Origin: Kiloniellaceae bacterium
GTDB taxonomy: Bacteria; Pseudomonadota; Alphaproteobacteria; Kiloniellales; J153
Assembly (NCBI GenBank): GCA_021776135.1
Contig: JAJFGL010000030.1
Location: 27,763 to 91,762 of the forward strand
Direction of reading: 5' to 3'
DNA: 64,000 bases
Positions 19,366 to 28,765 of the stretch are shown here, piece by piece (within the stretch, counting starts at the first letter, position 1; each line of letters begins with the position of its first letter). The notes beneath the pieces were generated by a model, which was not told the DNA's origin, searched no databases, and worked only from the letters and a program-made list of their open reading frames with translations. The position numbers and the translations under genes were made by a program.

Positions 19366-20358
19366 ATGCGGCTGAAAAGTTTCACCGCCGATACCCTGCC
19401 GGAAGCCATGCGGCTGATCCGCGACGCCTTGGGCGTGGACGCCGTTATTCTGTCGACTCAAGCCACCGAGACCGGATCGGGGGTGCGGGTAACGGCGGCG
19501 CTTGAGGAGTCCCCCCTCGACGAGCTTTACGACGGGTCCGAACCGGCGAGTTATTTCGACCTCGACACCATTACCGAATCGCTTTCATTCCACCGGGTTC
19601 CGGCCGGTCTTTTCGACCGCTTGATAGGCGGCACGGTGTCCCTGGATGCCCAGGACAGCGTCATGGCCTTGGCCGGCGCCATGGATTCCGAATTCACTTT
19701 CACCGCCCTTCCCGCCCCCCTGAACCCGCATCCCATCCTGCTGGCGGGACCGCCCGGCGCCGGCAAGACCGCGACGGCGGCCAAGCTATGCGCCAGGGCC
19801 CGCCTGGCTGGGCGCGGTTGCGCGCTCATCACCATGGACACGGCTAAATCCGGCGGCCTGGCCCAGGCCGAAGCCTTCGCCAAGGCGCTGGAGGCCACGC
19901 TGTTGCAGGCGGACCGGCCCGAGGCCCTAGCCGACGCGGTCTCGGCCTGTAGCGATGACTACTTCACCGTCATCGACACCACCGGCGCCAATCCTTTCCT
20001 CGAGTCGGACATGGCGCGCCTGAAAGAGGCGGCCACGGCCGCGGGCGCCCAAGTCATCCTCGTGCTGGCCGCCGGCGGCGATGCCGCGGAATCGGCCGAA
20101 ACCGCGGTTGCCTTTAAGAATATAGGCGCCACCGCGATGATCGCGACCCGCCTCGATACCGCCCGGCGTTTCGGCGGTCTGCTTAGCGCCGCCGCCGCCG
20201 GGCGCTTGGACTTGTCGGCGGTTAGCGAGTCTCCCCACATTGGCGATCCGTTGCTTCCCGTGAATCCGGTAGCGCTCGCCCGTATGTTTTTACCCGACGA
20301 GATGGCGGGCACTCTCAAGGGCCAAACACAGGACCTGAAACAATGGTTGAAACGGTAA
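19366..20358 (+). CDS. flhF: SRP-family GTPase FlhF (short form)
   Basis: MRLKSFTA..EAM..IR..LG.DAVILS, GPPGAGKT, IDTTG, TRLD. Confidence 0.82.
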   Translation: MRLKSFTADTLPEAMRLIRDALGVDAVILSTQATETGSGVRVTAALEESPLDELYDGSEPASYFDLDTITESLSFHRVPAGLFDRLIGGTVSLDAQDSVMALAGAMDSEFTFTALPAPLNPHPILLAGPPGAGKTATAAKLCARARLAGRGCALITMDTAKSGGLAQAEAFAKALEATLLQADRPEALADAVSACSDDYFTVIDTTGANPFLESDMARLKEAATAAGAQVILVLAAGGDAAESAETAVAFKNIGATAMIATRLDTARRFGGLLSAAAAGRLDLSAVSESPHIGDPLLPVNPVALARMFLPDEMAGTLKGQTQDLKQWLKR

Positions 20359-21131
20359 AAACGGATACCGGACAACCCCGGTTGCGCTTGGCGAACGGCA
20401 TTGCCGTGGCCTCGGGAAAAGGCGGCGTCGGTAAGACTTGGCTATCCGCGACCTTGTGCCACGTCCTGGCGCGGGCCGGGTACAATGTCTTGTTGTTCGA
20501 CGGCGACCTGGGTCTGGCCAACGTCGATATCCAACTCGGCCTGGCGCCGGAGAAAGACCTCGGCGGCGTCCTGTCCGGGCGATACCCCATGCGCGACGCG
20601 GCCAGCCGCTGCCGCGAAGGCGGCTTCGACGTCATCGCCGGGCGCTCGGGATCGGGCAGCCTGGCCAGCGTGCCGCAAGAACGCCTGGCGCGCATGAGCG
20701 CGAACCTGGTCGATCTCGGTTCCGACTACGATCTGGTCATACTGGACCTGGGTGCCGGTGTGGAGCGCACGGTGCGCCAACTGGCCGCCATGGCCCGAAC
20801 CTGCCTCGTCGTCGCCACCGACGAACCCACTTCCATGACCGATGCCTACGCCATGATAAAGCTGACGCGCATGCAGCATCCCGAGGCTGATTTGCGTCTG
20901 GTCATCAACATGGCGCAAAGCCAGGGAGAGGGCGAGCGCACCTATGCCACCTTGCGCAAGGCCTGCGAATCCTTCCTGAAAACCGCCCCGCCCTTGGCCG
21001 GCGTTATCAAGCGCGACCCCAAGGTCCGCGACGCCATCCGCCACCAGGCGCCGCTCTTGGTACGCCATCCCCACAGCGCCGCCGCCGAAGATGTCGAATC
21101 CGTGGCGCGCCGCGTGCTGCAAGCGCCATGA
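20343..21131 (+). CDS. flhG: MinD-like flagellar number regulator FlhG/FleN
   Basis: ASGKGGVGKT, DGDLGLANVD, LDLGAG, EPTSMTDAYAMIK. Confidence 0.9.
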   Translation: MVETVKTDTGQPRLRLANGIAVASGKGGVGKTWLSATLCHVLARAGYNVLLFDGDLGLANVDIQLGLAPEKDLGGVLSGRYPMRDAASRCREGGFDVIAGRSGSGSLASVPQERLARMSANLVDLGSDYDLVILDLGAGVERTVRQLAAMARTCLVVATDEPTSMTDAYAMIKLTRMQHPEADLRLVINMAQSQGEGERTYATLRKACESFLKTAPPLAGVIKRDPKVRDAIRHQAPLLVRHPHSAAAEDVESVARRVLQAP

Positions 21132-22948
21132 ACGACCTGGTCCGGCCCGCCTCTTCCTATACCGGCGGAATCGCGGTGAGCGCCCCTGGCGGGGTGCTGG
21201 CCACGATTCCCAACCCGCCCCCCGAAATCGCGAACCTGCCCAACGGCACCACCCTGCGCGGCGTGGTGATCGGAACCAGCGGCAAGGGGCAAGTCCTGGT
21301 CAAGACCGATCAGGGCACCCTGACGGTCGCGGCCAAGGCGCACCTGCCTCTAAATAGCGAAGTCGTACTTCAGATTCGCAGCAGCGGAACCTTGTTGCAC
21401 ATCATGATTATGCAGGTCCGCGGCCAAAGCGGTGCGCCTGACGCGCCGCCGCCATCGGCGGCCCGGCCCACGGGCCTAGCGCTAACGCCGGGAGGCGGCG
21501 GAACCGCGCCAACGGCCGCCCACCAACCCGGCGCCGCCACCGCCGGGCCCGGCCACCCCGATCGTTTAAACCTGGGCCAGGTGGTCCGCGCCGTGGTGCA
21601 AGGCCCCCCCGGCCACACGGCAACCCCGTATGCCAGCGCCGAAGGCGTGGCGGCGGCAATTAAAACGCTCACCGGCACGCCGGCGGGCCAGAACCCGCGG
21701 CCCGGGCCGGGCCTAAACCAGCAGCCCGTACCGGGCCTGAACCAGCAGACCGTGCCGGGCCTGAACCAGCAGCCCCTGGCGGGCGCCATTCTGCCGTTAC
21801 GAATCCTCTCCGTCAGCACCCCGGGTCCCGCGCCGGGCGCCACGGCCCCGCCGGTTCCCGGACCGGCGGTTTCCAGCACCCAAGGCGCGCGGGCATACGC
21901 GCCGCCCGGCCCCCTAATGCCAAACAGTGCGCCTAGCGCCCCCGGCGCGCCGAATTTCACTGCGCCCGCGACCACGGCCGGCGCGGCGGTTCCTAACCCG
22001 GCGGCTCCTCCAGCGCCTCCCCAGAGCGCCGCACCGGTTGCGGTCAAGCCGTCAGGGGAGTCCTTGAGGGCGCCCCTGACATTCACGGGCCAGGTCACCG
22101 GTGTATCGGCTAGCGGACATCCCGTCCTGTCCACGCCCCTGGGCAGCCTGAGTTTGGACGTCGAGGCGCGGATTCCGGGCGGCAGCCGTGTGGCCTTGGA
22201 ACTGGTGCCCGGCGCCTTGCCCAAAGCGGCCGCGAGCCCCCTGCCCGTGGCCAGGGCGCATTCCCTGGCCCATGCCTGGCCCGCCCTGGAAGAGGCGCTT
22301 GGCATCCTGGCCGAGGCCAGCGGCGGCGCCATGGCGGGAACGCCGCAAGGAGTTCCGCAACCGGGCACCCGCCTGACTTCCGGTATGCTCTTCTTCATGG
22401 CGGCGCTGAGCGGCGGGAACCTGGGCCGTTGGTTGGGCGCCGATGCGCTTCAAGCCTTGCGCGCCTCGGGACACGACACCCTGATCGGCCGTCTGTCCGG
22501 CGACTTGGCGCGCATGGGGCGCATGGCCGAAACCGCGGGCGGCGCCGGCGGTACGGCGGGCGATTGGCGGTTGTTGCCGATCCCGCTTTGGAGCGGCGAT
22601 CATGTGCACCAGCTCCGCCTGTTCCTGCGCCAGCACGAAGACCGGGGCGAAGGCGATAAGAAATCCGGCCAAAAGGATCCCAAGCGCTTCATCCTCGAGC
22701 TTGAGATGTCGCGCCTGGGCGAAATACAACTCGATGGCCTGATACGCGGCAAACGCTTCGATCTGATGATGCGCACGCGCGGCGCCCTGCCCGAAGACAT
22801 GCGCCAAGATATCCGGACTATATTCGAAGACGCCAATCAAGCCGCCGGATTTTCAGGCAACCTTGGCTTTCAGGCTTCCACGGACTGGCGCTTCCTGCCG
22901 ATCGGCGGCGACAGCGCGGCGGGCGAGCCGCCCGGACTTCTGGTTTAG
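21128..22948 (+). CDS. Pro/Ala-rich protein with a FliK-like C-terminal domain
   Basis: Long low-complexity linker; C-terminus RFILELEMSRLGEIQLDGL..FDLMMRT resembles the FliK switch domain; ATGA overlap with flhG. Confidence 0.6.
   Translation: MNDLVRPASSYTGGIAVSAPGGVLATIPNPPPEIANLPNGTTLRGVVIGTSGKGQVLVKTDQGTLTVAAKAHLPLNSEVVLQIRSSGTLLHIMIMQVRGQSGAPDAPPPSAARPTGLALTPGGGGTAPTAAHQPGAATAGPGHPDRLNLGQVVRAVVQGPPGHTATPYASAEGVAAAIKTLTGTPAGQNPRPGPGLNQQPVPGLNQQTVPGLNQQPLAGAILPLRILSVSTPGPAPGATAPPVPGPAVSSTQGARAYAPPGPLMPNSAPSAPGAPNFTAPATTAGAAVPNPAAPPAPPQSAAPVAVKPSGESLRAPLTFTGQVTGVSASGHPVLSTPLGSLSLDVEARIPGGSRVALELVPGALPKAAASPLPVARAHSLAHAWPALEEALGILAEASGGAMAGTPQGVPQPGTRLTSGMLFFMAALSGGNLGRWLGADALQALRASGHDTLIGRLSGDLARMGRMAETAGGAGGTAGDWRLLPIPLWSGDHVHQLRLFLRQHEDRGEGDKKSGQKDPKRFILELEMSRLGEIQLDGLIRGKRFDLMMRTRGALPEDMRQDIRTIFEDANQAAGFSGNLGFQASTDWRFLPIGGDSAAGEPPGLLV
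21707..21778 (+). repeat. 24-bp tandem repeat x3 (PGLNQQPV/PGLNQQTV/PGLNQQPL)
   Basis: CCGGGCCT(A/G)AACCAGCAG.CC.T. repeated three times in frame. Confidence 0.9.
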
Positions 22949-22952
22949 AAAG

Positions 22953-23384
22953 CTATTCGTCGCTGGAGGCGGCCTGACCGCGCCGGTATATTTCGGCGCC
23001 GAGATCGTCGAGGTCTATTTGTTCCCGCCGCATGGCCTCTTCCTGCTCTTCCCGGGCCTTGAGATCGCTGACGTGTTCGTATTTCTTCATCTCCTCGAAG
23101 GCCGCGCGGACTTCTTCCCGTGCCGCCTCCACCGAGGCCTCCAGCTCACCGATGGTGTGCCGCAGGCGCCGCCGCCGCTCCAGTGCCGCCGCGATAAAGG
23201 CGGGAAAGGCGACCGTCCCCTCGATGGAAGAATTTGCGATAGAACTTTCCGTTTCTACATCTTTTTCAAGTTCTTGTAAGTCGTTTTTCATCTTATTTAC
23301 GAGATCTTCAATTCCAGCCAGTTTCTGGCGCTTCTCGTTCAAGGCCCAGGAGTGTACCCGGGTCAGCGACTTGAAAGCCGTCAT
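22953..23384 (-). CDS. fliJ: Flagellar export chaperone FliJ
   Basis: Coiled-coil protein ending AFEEMKKYE...REQIDLDD; directly downstream of fliI. Confidence 0.85.
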   Translation of the reverse strand: MTAFKSLTRVHSWALNEKRQKLAGIEDLVNKMKNDLQELEKDVETESSIANSSIEGTVAFPAFIAAALERRRRLRHTIGELEASVEAAREEVRAAFEEMKKYEHVSDLKAREEQEEAMRREQIDLDDLGAEIYRRGQAASSDE

Positions 23385-23390
23385 GCCAAG

Positions 23391-24749
23391 CTATTCCTCA
23401 ATGGCCGCCGCTTCGGCGGGCGGCCATTGCACGCCAAGGATTTGAGCCATGGCGGCGTAGCCGGTTTCGATGTCCGAACGCTCGCCCTTGCCTTGGCTCA
23501 GAAAAGCCTCCAAGCCGGGCTGATAGCGAATGGCCTCATCGATTGTCGGATCGCTGCCCTTCTTATAGGCGCCGATCCGGATGAGCTCCCCCATGTCCTC
23601 GTAGGTGGATAGCAGGGTACGCGCCCAGCTGACCAATTCGTTTTCGGCATCGCTATTGCAGTTTGGCATGGTTCGGGAAACGCTGCGCAGAACATCGATG
23701 GCGGGGTAGCGGTTGCGCTGCGCGATCTTGCGGTCGAGCACGATCTGGCCGTCGAGAATACCGCGCACGGCGTCCGCGATCGGCTCATTGTGGTCATCGC
23801 CCTCCACCAGAACCGTGAACAAGCCGGTAATGGACCCGCTGCCGGTGCCCGGCCCCGCGCGCTCAAGCAGCGCCGGCAACTGGGCGAACACGCTGGGGGT
23901 ATAGCCCTTGCTGGTCGGCGGTTCGCCGGCCGAAAGGCCGATCTCGCGCATGGCCATGGCGAAGCGGGTAATCGAATCGATCAGGCAGAGGACATCGCGG
24001 CCTTGGTCGCGGAAGTATTCGGCCACGCTCATCGTCAGAAAGGCCGCCTGGCGCCGGATAAGTGGCGCCTCGTCTGAGGTGGCGACGATAATCACGGAGC
24101 GCGCCAAGCCTTCCGCCCCCAGATCGTCTTCCAGCCATTCCTGGACTTCGCGCCCGCGCTCGCCAATAAGCCCGATCACATTGACGTCCGAGGCGGTGTA
24201 GCGGGCGAGCATGGAAAGGAGAACCGATTTGCCGACCCCGGAGCCCGAAAAAATACCCATGCGCTGGCCCCGGCAGCAGGTGGTGAAGGTATTTATGGTC
24301 CGGACGCCCAGGTCGATCTTGGCGCCGACTCTCTGGCGGCTGTGCGCGGGCGGCGGGGGGCGCCGCAGGTGGCAAGGCATGGTGCCGGAGGGTAAGGGCC
24401 CCTTGCCGTCGATGGGCTCGCCCAGGGCATTCAGAACCCGCCCCAGCCAGGCTTCGCATGGCCAGACGACGGGATCCGACTTCACCAGCTCCGCCTTGCA
24501 GCCCAGGCCGATACCCTCGACCGGCCCAAAGGGCAGAAGCAAGGCCCGGCCCTGGCGGAAACCCACAACTTCGCAAGGAATGGGGGCTTTTCCCCGGGCC
24601 ATGACGTTGCAGCGCTGCCCGATCGTCAACTCCTCGTTGAGTCCGGCAAGCTCTATCATCATGCCCATGACCCCGGCCACACGGCCGTAAAGCCGGTATT
24701 CGGGGATATCATCGATACCCTCAATTAGAGATTCAACCGCGCTCGACAC
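23391..24749 (-). CDS. fliI: Flagellar export ATPase FliI
   Basis: [54 protein letters not shown]. Confidence 0.96.
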   Translation of the reverse strand: MSSAVESLIEGIDDIPEYRLYGRVAGVMGMMIELAGLNEELTIGQRCNVMARGKAPIPCEVVGFRQGRALLLPFGPVEGIGLGCKAELVKSDPVVWPCEAWLGRVLNALGEPIDGKGPLPSGTMPCHLRRPPPPAHSRQRVGAKIDLGVRTINTFTTCCRGQRMGIFSGSGVGKSVLLSMLARYTASDVNVIGLIGERGREVQEWLEDDLGAEGLARSVIIVATSDEAPLIRRQAAFLTMSVAEYFRDQGRDVLCLIDSITRFAMAMREIGLSAGEPPTSKGYTPSVFAQLPALLERAGPGTGSGSITGLFTVLVEGDDHNEPIADAVRGILDGQIVLDRKIAQRNRYPAIDVLRSVSRTMPNCNSDAENELVSWARTLLSTYEDMGELIRIGAYKKGSDPTIDEAIRYQPGLEAFLSQGKGERSDIETGYAAMAQILGVQWPPAEAAAIEE

Positions 24750-24818
24750 CCAAGCCCTCCCAAAAGGCCGCCAACGGCCTCAACCGTCATATTCGTGATG
24801 AGTATGCTCGGCCCCTCT

Positions 24819-24907
24819 TTAAATATGCGTAAAACAATATGAAATCTTACTTGCGGCGCTAAGGATTTCTTAATAAAAGGTCCGCAAAATGGTTAACGTC
24901 AATTTTA
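24819..24907. promoter_or_regulatory. Three one-mismatch CtrA boxes in the fliI/ctrA divergent region
   Basis: TTAA-N7-TAAA (24819), CTAA-N7-TTAA (24859), TTAA-N7-TTTA (24893). Confidence 0.55.
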
Positions 24908-24937
24908 TTCGTCCACGAAGACATCAGGATTAGATTC

Positions 24938-25666
<729 letters not shown>

Positions 25667-25703
25667 GCCCTTCACGGAATCCGCTTCCGGGATAAGATAA
25701 ATC

Positions 25704-25733
25704 AAAAGGCGCGCCTTCGGGGCGCGCCTTTTT
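25704..25733. terminator. Bidirectional intrinsic terminator between ctrA and cheR
   Basis: AAAAGGCGCGCC-TTCGG-GGCGCGCCTTTTT. Confidence 0.88.
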
Positions 25734-25769
25734 CTTGTTCAATTTCAGACTTGAGTGAATCGGCGGTTT

Positions 25770-25817
25770 TAGAGCCCTTTCCGATCGAATGAGTCCGTAT
25801 GATCGGAAAGGGCTCTA
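25770..25817. repeat. 48-bp internally deleted copy of the 2291-2558 MITE
   Basis: TAGAGCCCTTTCCGATC+GAATGAGTCCGTATGATCGGAAAGGGCTCTA; the terminal CTA is the cheR TAG stop. Confidence 0.88.
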
Positions 25818-26663
25818 ACCGACCGCCTTAACTGGGTTCGCCGCCATTGCCGAGGTCGATAGCTGATAGACTCCGCGTTGACCCTGCATGAGTTGAAAAC
25901 GGTCCGTGGTTCCCAGAACCGTCTCGGCCCCGCCTAGATAGAGAAAACCGTCATTCGGCATAAGATCGGCCATGCCGGCGAGCACCTGACCCTTAGTCGG
26001 CGGATCGAAGTAAATCAGAACATTGCGGCAGAACACGATATCGAACTTTCCGAGAGCGGCCGGACTGCCCAAAAGGTTGAACGATTTGAACTTAACCATG
26101 TGACGAATTTCTTCGCTGATCTGCCAACGTTCGCCAACCTGCTTGAAGTATTTCACCAAGAGGGAAATGGGCAGACCGCGTTGAACCTCGAACTGCGAGT
26201 ATAATCCCGCCTCGGCCTTGGTTAGTATCTCTTTCGACAAGTCGGTGGCGATTATTTCGATACGCCAACCCGCCAGCTTGGCCGAGTTTTCTTTTAACAG
26301 CATGGCCAAGGTATAGGGTTCCTGGCCCGAAGAGCAGGCCGCGCTCCAAATCCGGATTGTCTTGGCTCCCGCGCGGTGCTCCAGCATGTGCGGCAGGACC
26401 AAATCCCGGAACTGGTCGAAGGGTTTCTGGTCGCGGAAGAAAAATGACTCGTTGGTGGTCATGGCTTCCGTCACATCGACCAAAAGTTCCTCGTTCGAAC
26501 CCGCGCGAATAGCTTTAACCAACTCGTCGAAACCGGCGAAGCTCCACTTACGCGCAACAGGGTTGAGGCGGCTTTCCATCAGGTACGCCTTCTCTTTCGT
26601 CAACGCCAAGCCGCTGCGTTTCTTGAGAAGGTCGGAAATAAACTCGAAATCGCTTACATTCAT
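25815..26663 (-). CDS. cheR: Chemotaxis methyltransferase CheR
   Basis: TTNESFFFRD, IWSAACSSGQEPY, FDIVFCRNVLIYF, LGGAE; ATGA overlap with cheB. Confidence 0.96.
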   Translation of the reverse strand: MNVSDFEFISDLLKKRSGLALTKEKAYLMESRLNPVARKWSFAGFDELVKAIRAGSNEELLVDVTEAMTTNESFFFRDQKPFDQFRDLVLPHMLEHRAGAKTIRIWSAACSSGQEPYTLAMLLKENSAKLAGWRIEIIATDLSKEILTKAEAGLYSQFEVQRGLPISLLVKYFKQVGERWQISEEIRHMVKFKSFNLLGSPAALGKFDIVFCRNVLIYFDPPTKGQVLAGMADLMPNDGFLYLGGAETVLGTTDRFQLMQGQRGVYQLSTSAMAANPVKAVG

Positions 26664-27769
26664 GCCGCGGTCCTCAGTGCTATCTTGCGCACATACGGCG
26701 CGATATCGTTGAGCGGCAAAACGGCCGAGCATAAACCGGACGTCGCCACGGCGCCTGGCATTCCCCAGACAACGCTGGTCGCCTCATCCTGCGCGATAAC
26801 GGAACCGCCCGCCGCCGTCACAGCCTTCGAGCCGTCACGCCCATCGTGGCCCATGCCGGTCAGCATGATCACCAACAAACGCGAACCGTAAATCGGCGCC
26901 ATGCTACGCAACATCGGATCGACCGCGGGCCGGCAAAAGTTTACCGGCGCGGTATCGATGATCTTGATGGTGTTGCAATTTTCGCCGCGAGCTACGGTCA
27001 TATGAAAATTACCCGGCGCGACATAAATCCGCCCTGGCTCTATTTTCTCGCCATTTTTGCCCTCGGATGCGGGCACGCCGCAGGCGCGCGATATATGTTC
27101 AGCCAAAAGCGCGGTGAATGTCGGGGGCATATGCTGGGTTATAAGGATGGGAAGCGTGAAATTCTTGCACAGATCCTTCAACAAGGTGAAAAGCGCGGGC
27201 GGACCGCCGGTCGAGCTGCCTATGGCGATCACATCGGGGCGCACACTTGGCGCCGCGCGTAATACAACCGGACCGGGCGATATCACGACCTTCTTTGGCA
27301 CGGCCTCGGACCGTCTGGCCGTGACAGGATGCCGTGTACGGCCACTGGAACGTCCGGCCTGGGCAACCGCCTTGATCTTCTCGATCAACTCGCTCTTGAA
27401 AGCGTCGGCGGAATGAATTTCCTTGGTTGAGGTAGGCTTGGTCACATAGTCGGCGGCCCCATTGGCCATGGCCTGAAGGCTGATATCCGCATTCGCGAGG
27501 GTCAAGGTAGAGGCCATGATAACCTGAACGCCAGGCTTCGCTTTCAGTAACAACGGCAGGGCGGTCATGCCATCCATGACCGGCATCTCAATATCTAAAA
27601 CCACGATTTCGATATCGTTCTTGACCACCGATTTCAGCGCGACTTCCCCGTTAGTCGCGGTCGCCATGACCTTGATTTCTGGATCGGACTCGAGATTACG
27701 AGTCAAGAGCCCGCGGATAACGGCGGAATCGTCAACAACCATGACTCTATATGGATCGCCGGACGGCAT
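26660..27769 (-). CDS. cheB: Chemotaxis methylesterase CheB
   Basis: Receiver LDIEMP plus GSSTGG, ITQHMP, GMGHDG, WGMP. Confidence 0.96.
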   Translation of the reverse strand: MPSGDPYRVMVVDDSAVIRGLLTRNLESDPEIKVMATATNGEVALKSVVKNDIEIVVLDIEMPVMDGMTALPLLLKAKPGVQVIMASTLTLANADISLQAMANGAADYVTKPTSTKEIHSADAFKSELIEKIKAVAQAGRSSGRTRHPVTARRSEAVPKKVVISPGPVVLRAAPSVRPDVIAIGSSTGGPPALFTLLKDLCKNFTLPILITQHMPPTFTALLAEHISRACGVPASEGKNGEKIEPGRIYVAPGNFHMTVARGENCNTIKIIDTAPVNFCRPAVDPMLRSMAPIYGSRLLVIMLTGMGHDGRDGSKAVTAAGGSVIAQDEATSVVWGMPGAVATSGLCSAVLPLNDIAPYVRKIALRTAA

Positions 27770-27810
27770 AAAATTACATCCTACCTGTTCTTTTTTACAT
27801 TCTTGGTGCT

Positions 27811-28176
27811 TTAGAGAAGGCCTACTTGGGAAAATTTAGATTCGATAATCTCGCTGTCGAACGGTTTCATGATGTATTCGTTGGCGCCTGCTTGCATGGC
27901 TTCTTGTATATGCGCCATATCGTTTTCTGTCGTACAGAATACGACGATGGGCTGAGTCACGCCTTCCAAGGCCCGTAGATCGTTCAGGAACTCCAAACCG
28001 CTTTTCACCGGCATGTTCCAGTCCAACAGGACAGCATTGGGCATCTGCCGCTGGCAGGCCTCCAATGCCTTTTGCCCGTCTTCGGCTTCGTCGATTTCGA
28101 AGTCCAAACCCTCAAGTATCTTTCGCGCAACCATGCGAACTACTTTTGAGTCATCAACAACCAGACATGTCTTCAT
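27811..28176 (-). CDS. cheY: Single-domain response regulator CheY
   Basis: MKTCLVVDDS, LDWNMP, CTTEN, YIMKPF; lies in the che operon. Confidence 0.9.
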   Translation of the reverse strand: MKTCLVVDDSKVVRMVARKILEGLDFEIDEAEDGQKALEACQRQMPNAVLLDWNMPVKSGLEFLNDLRALEGVTQPIVVFCTTENDMAHIQEAMQAGANEYIMKPFDSEIIESKFSQVGLL

Positions 28177-28267
28177 ATCGCGCACTCCATCACGCAAGAA
28201 AACGAGTCACCCGGCATGGCGCCCCGTATTGTGTTTACCGCGCCCCATGGCTTCTCTCTCCGTCAAC

Positions 28268-28765
28268 TCAGTTCGCGGCCACCACCGCGCGCCCATAGTC
28301 GAGCAAGCGGTTTACGTCGAGAACAACCAAAAGCTGCCCATCCAAACGGTATATTCCGTCCGATACGGCGCGGAACTTCGCCCCCAACGTCGGTGGGTTT
28401 CGATCGAAAGTCTTTGCGGAGAGAGCCAGAACTTCGCCCACGCCGTCGACCACGAGGCTATATAATTCACCATCGTGCTCGGCCACGATGCTCATGCTTT
28501 CGCCGTCATCGTCGCGCGCCGGAAGTCCCAAGCGCGCCCGCATATCGATAGCCGTCACTACACGGCCCCGCAGGTTCAAGGAACCCATGACTTCAGGTGG
28601 CGCTAGAGGAATTCTCGTAATCTGATATGAGCTGAGAACATCTTGCACTTTCAACACGGGTATACCGAATAGCTGATCGGCGATCGTGAAAGTGACGAAT
28701 TCTTGGGTTGCGACGGAATTCAGGGGGTGTGCCGGTTCCGCCGCCGATTGTGTCGTAGCCGTCAT
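28268..28765 (-). CDS. cheW: Coupling protein CheW
   Basis: FGIPVLKVQDV, GSLNLRGRVVTAIDMR, LVVDGVGEV. Confidence 0.95.
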   Translation of the reverse strand: MTATTQSAAEPAHPLNSVATQEFVTFTIADQLFGIPVLKVQDVLSSYQITRIPLAPPEVMGSLNLRGRVVTAIDMRARLGLPARDDDGESMSIVAEHDGELYSLVVDGVGEVLALSAKTFDRNPPTLGAKFRAVSDGIYRLDGQLLVVLDVNRLLDYGRAVVAAN

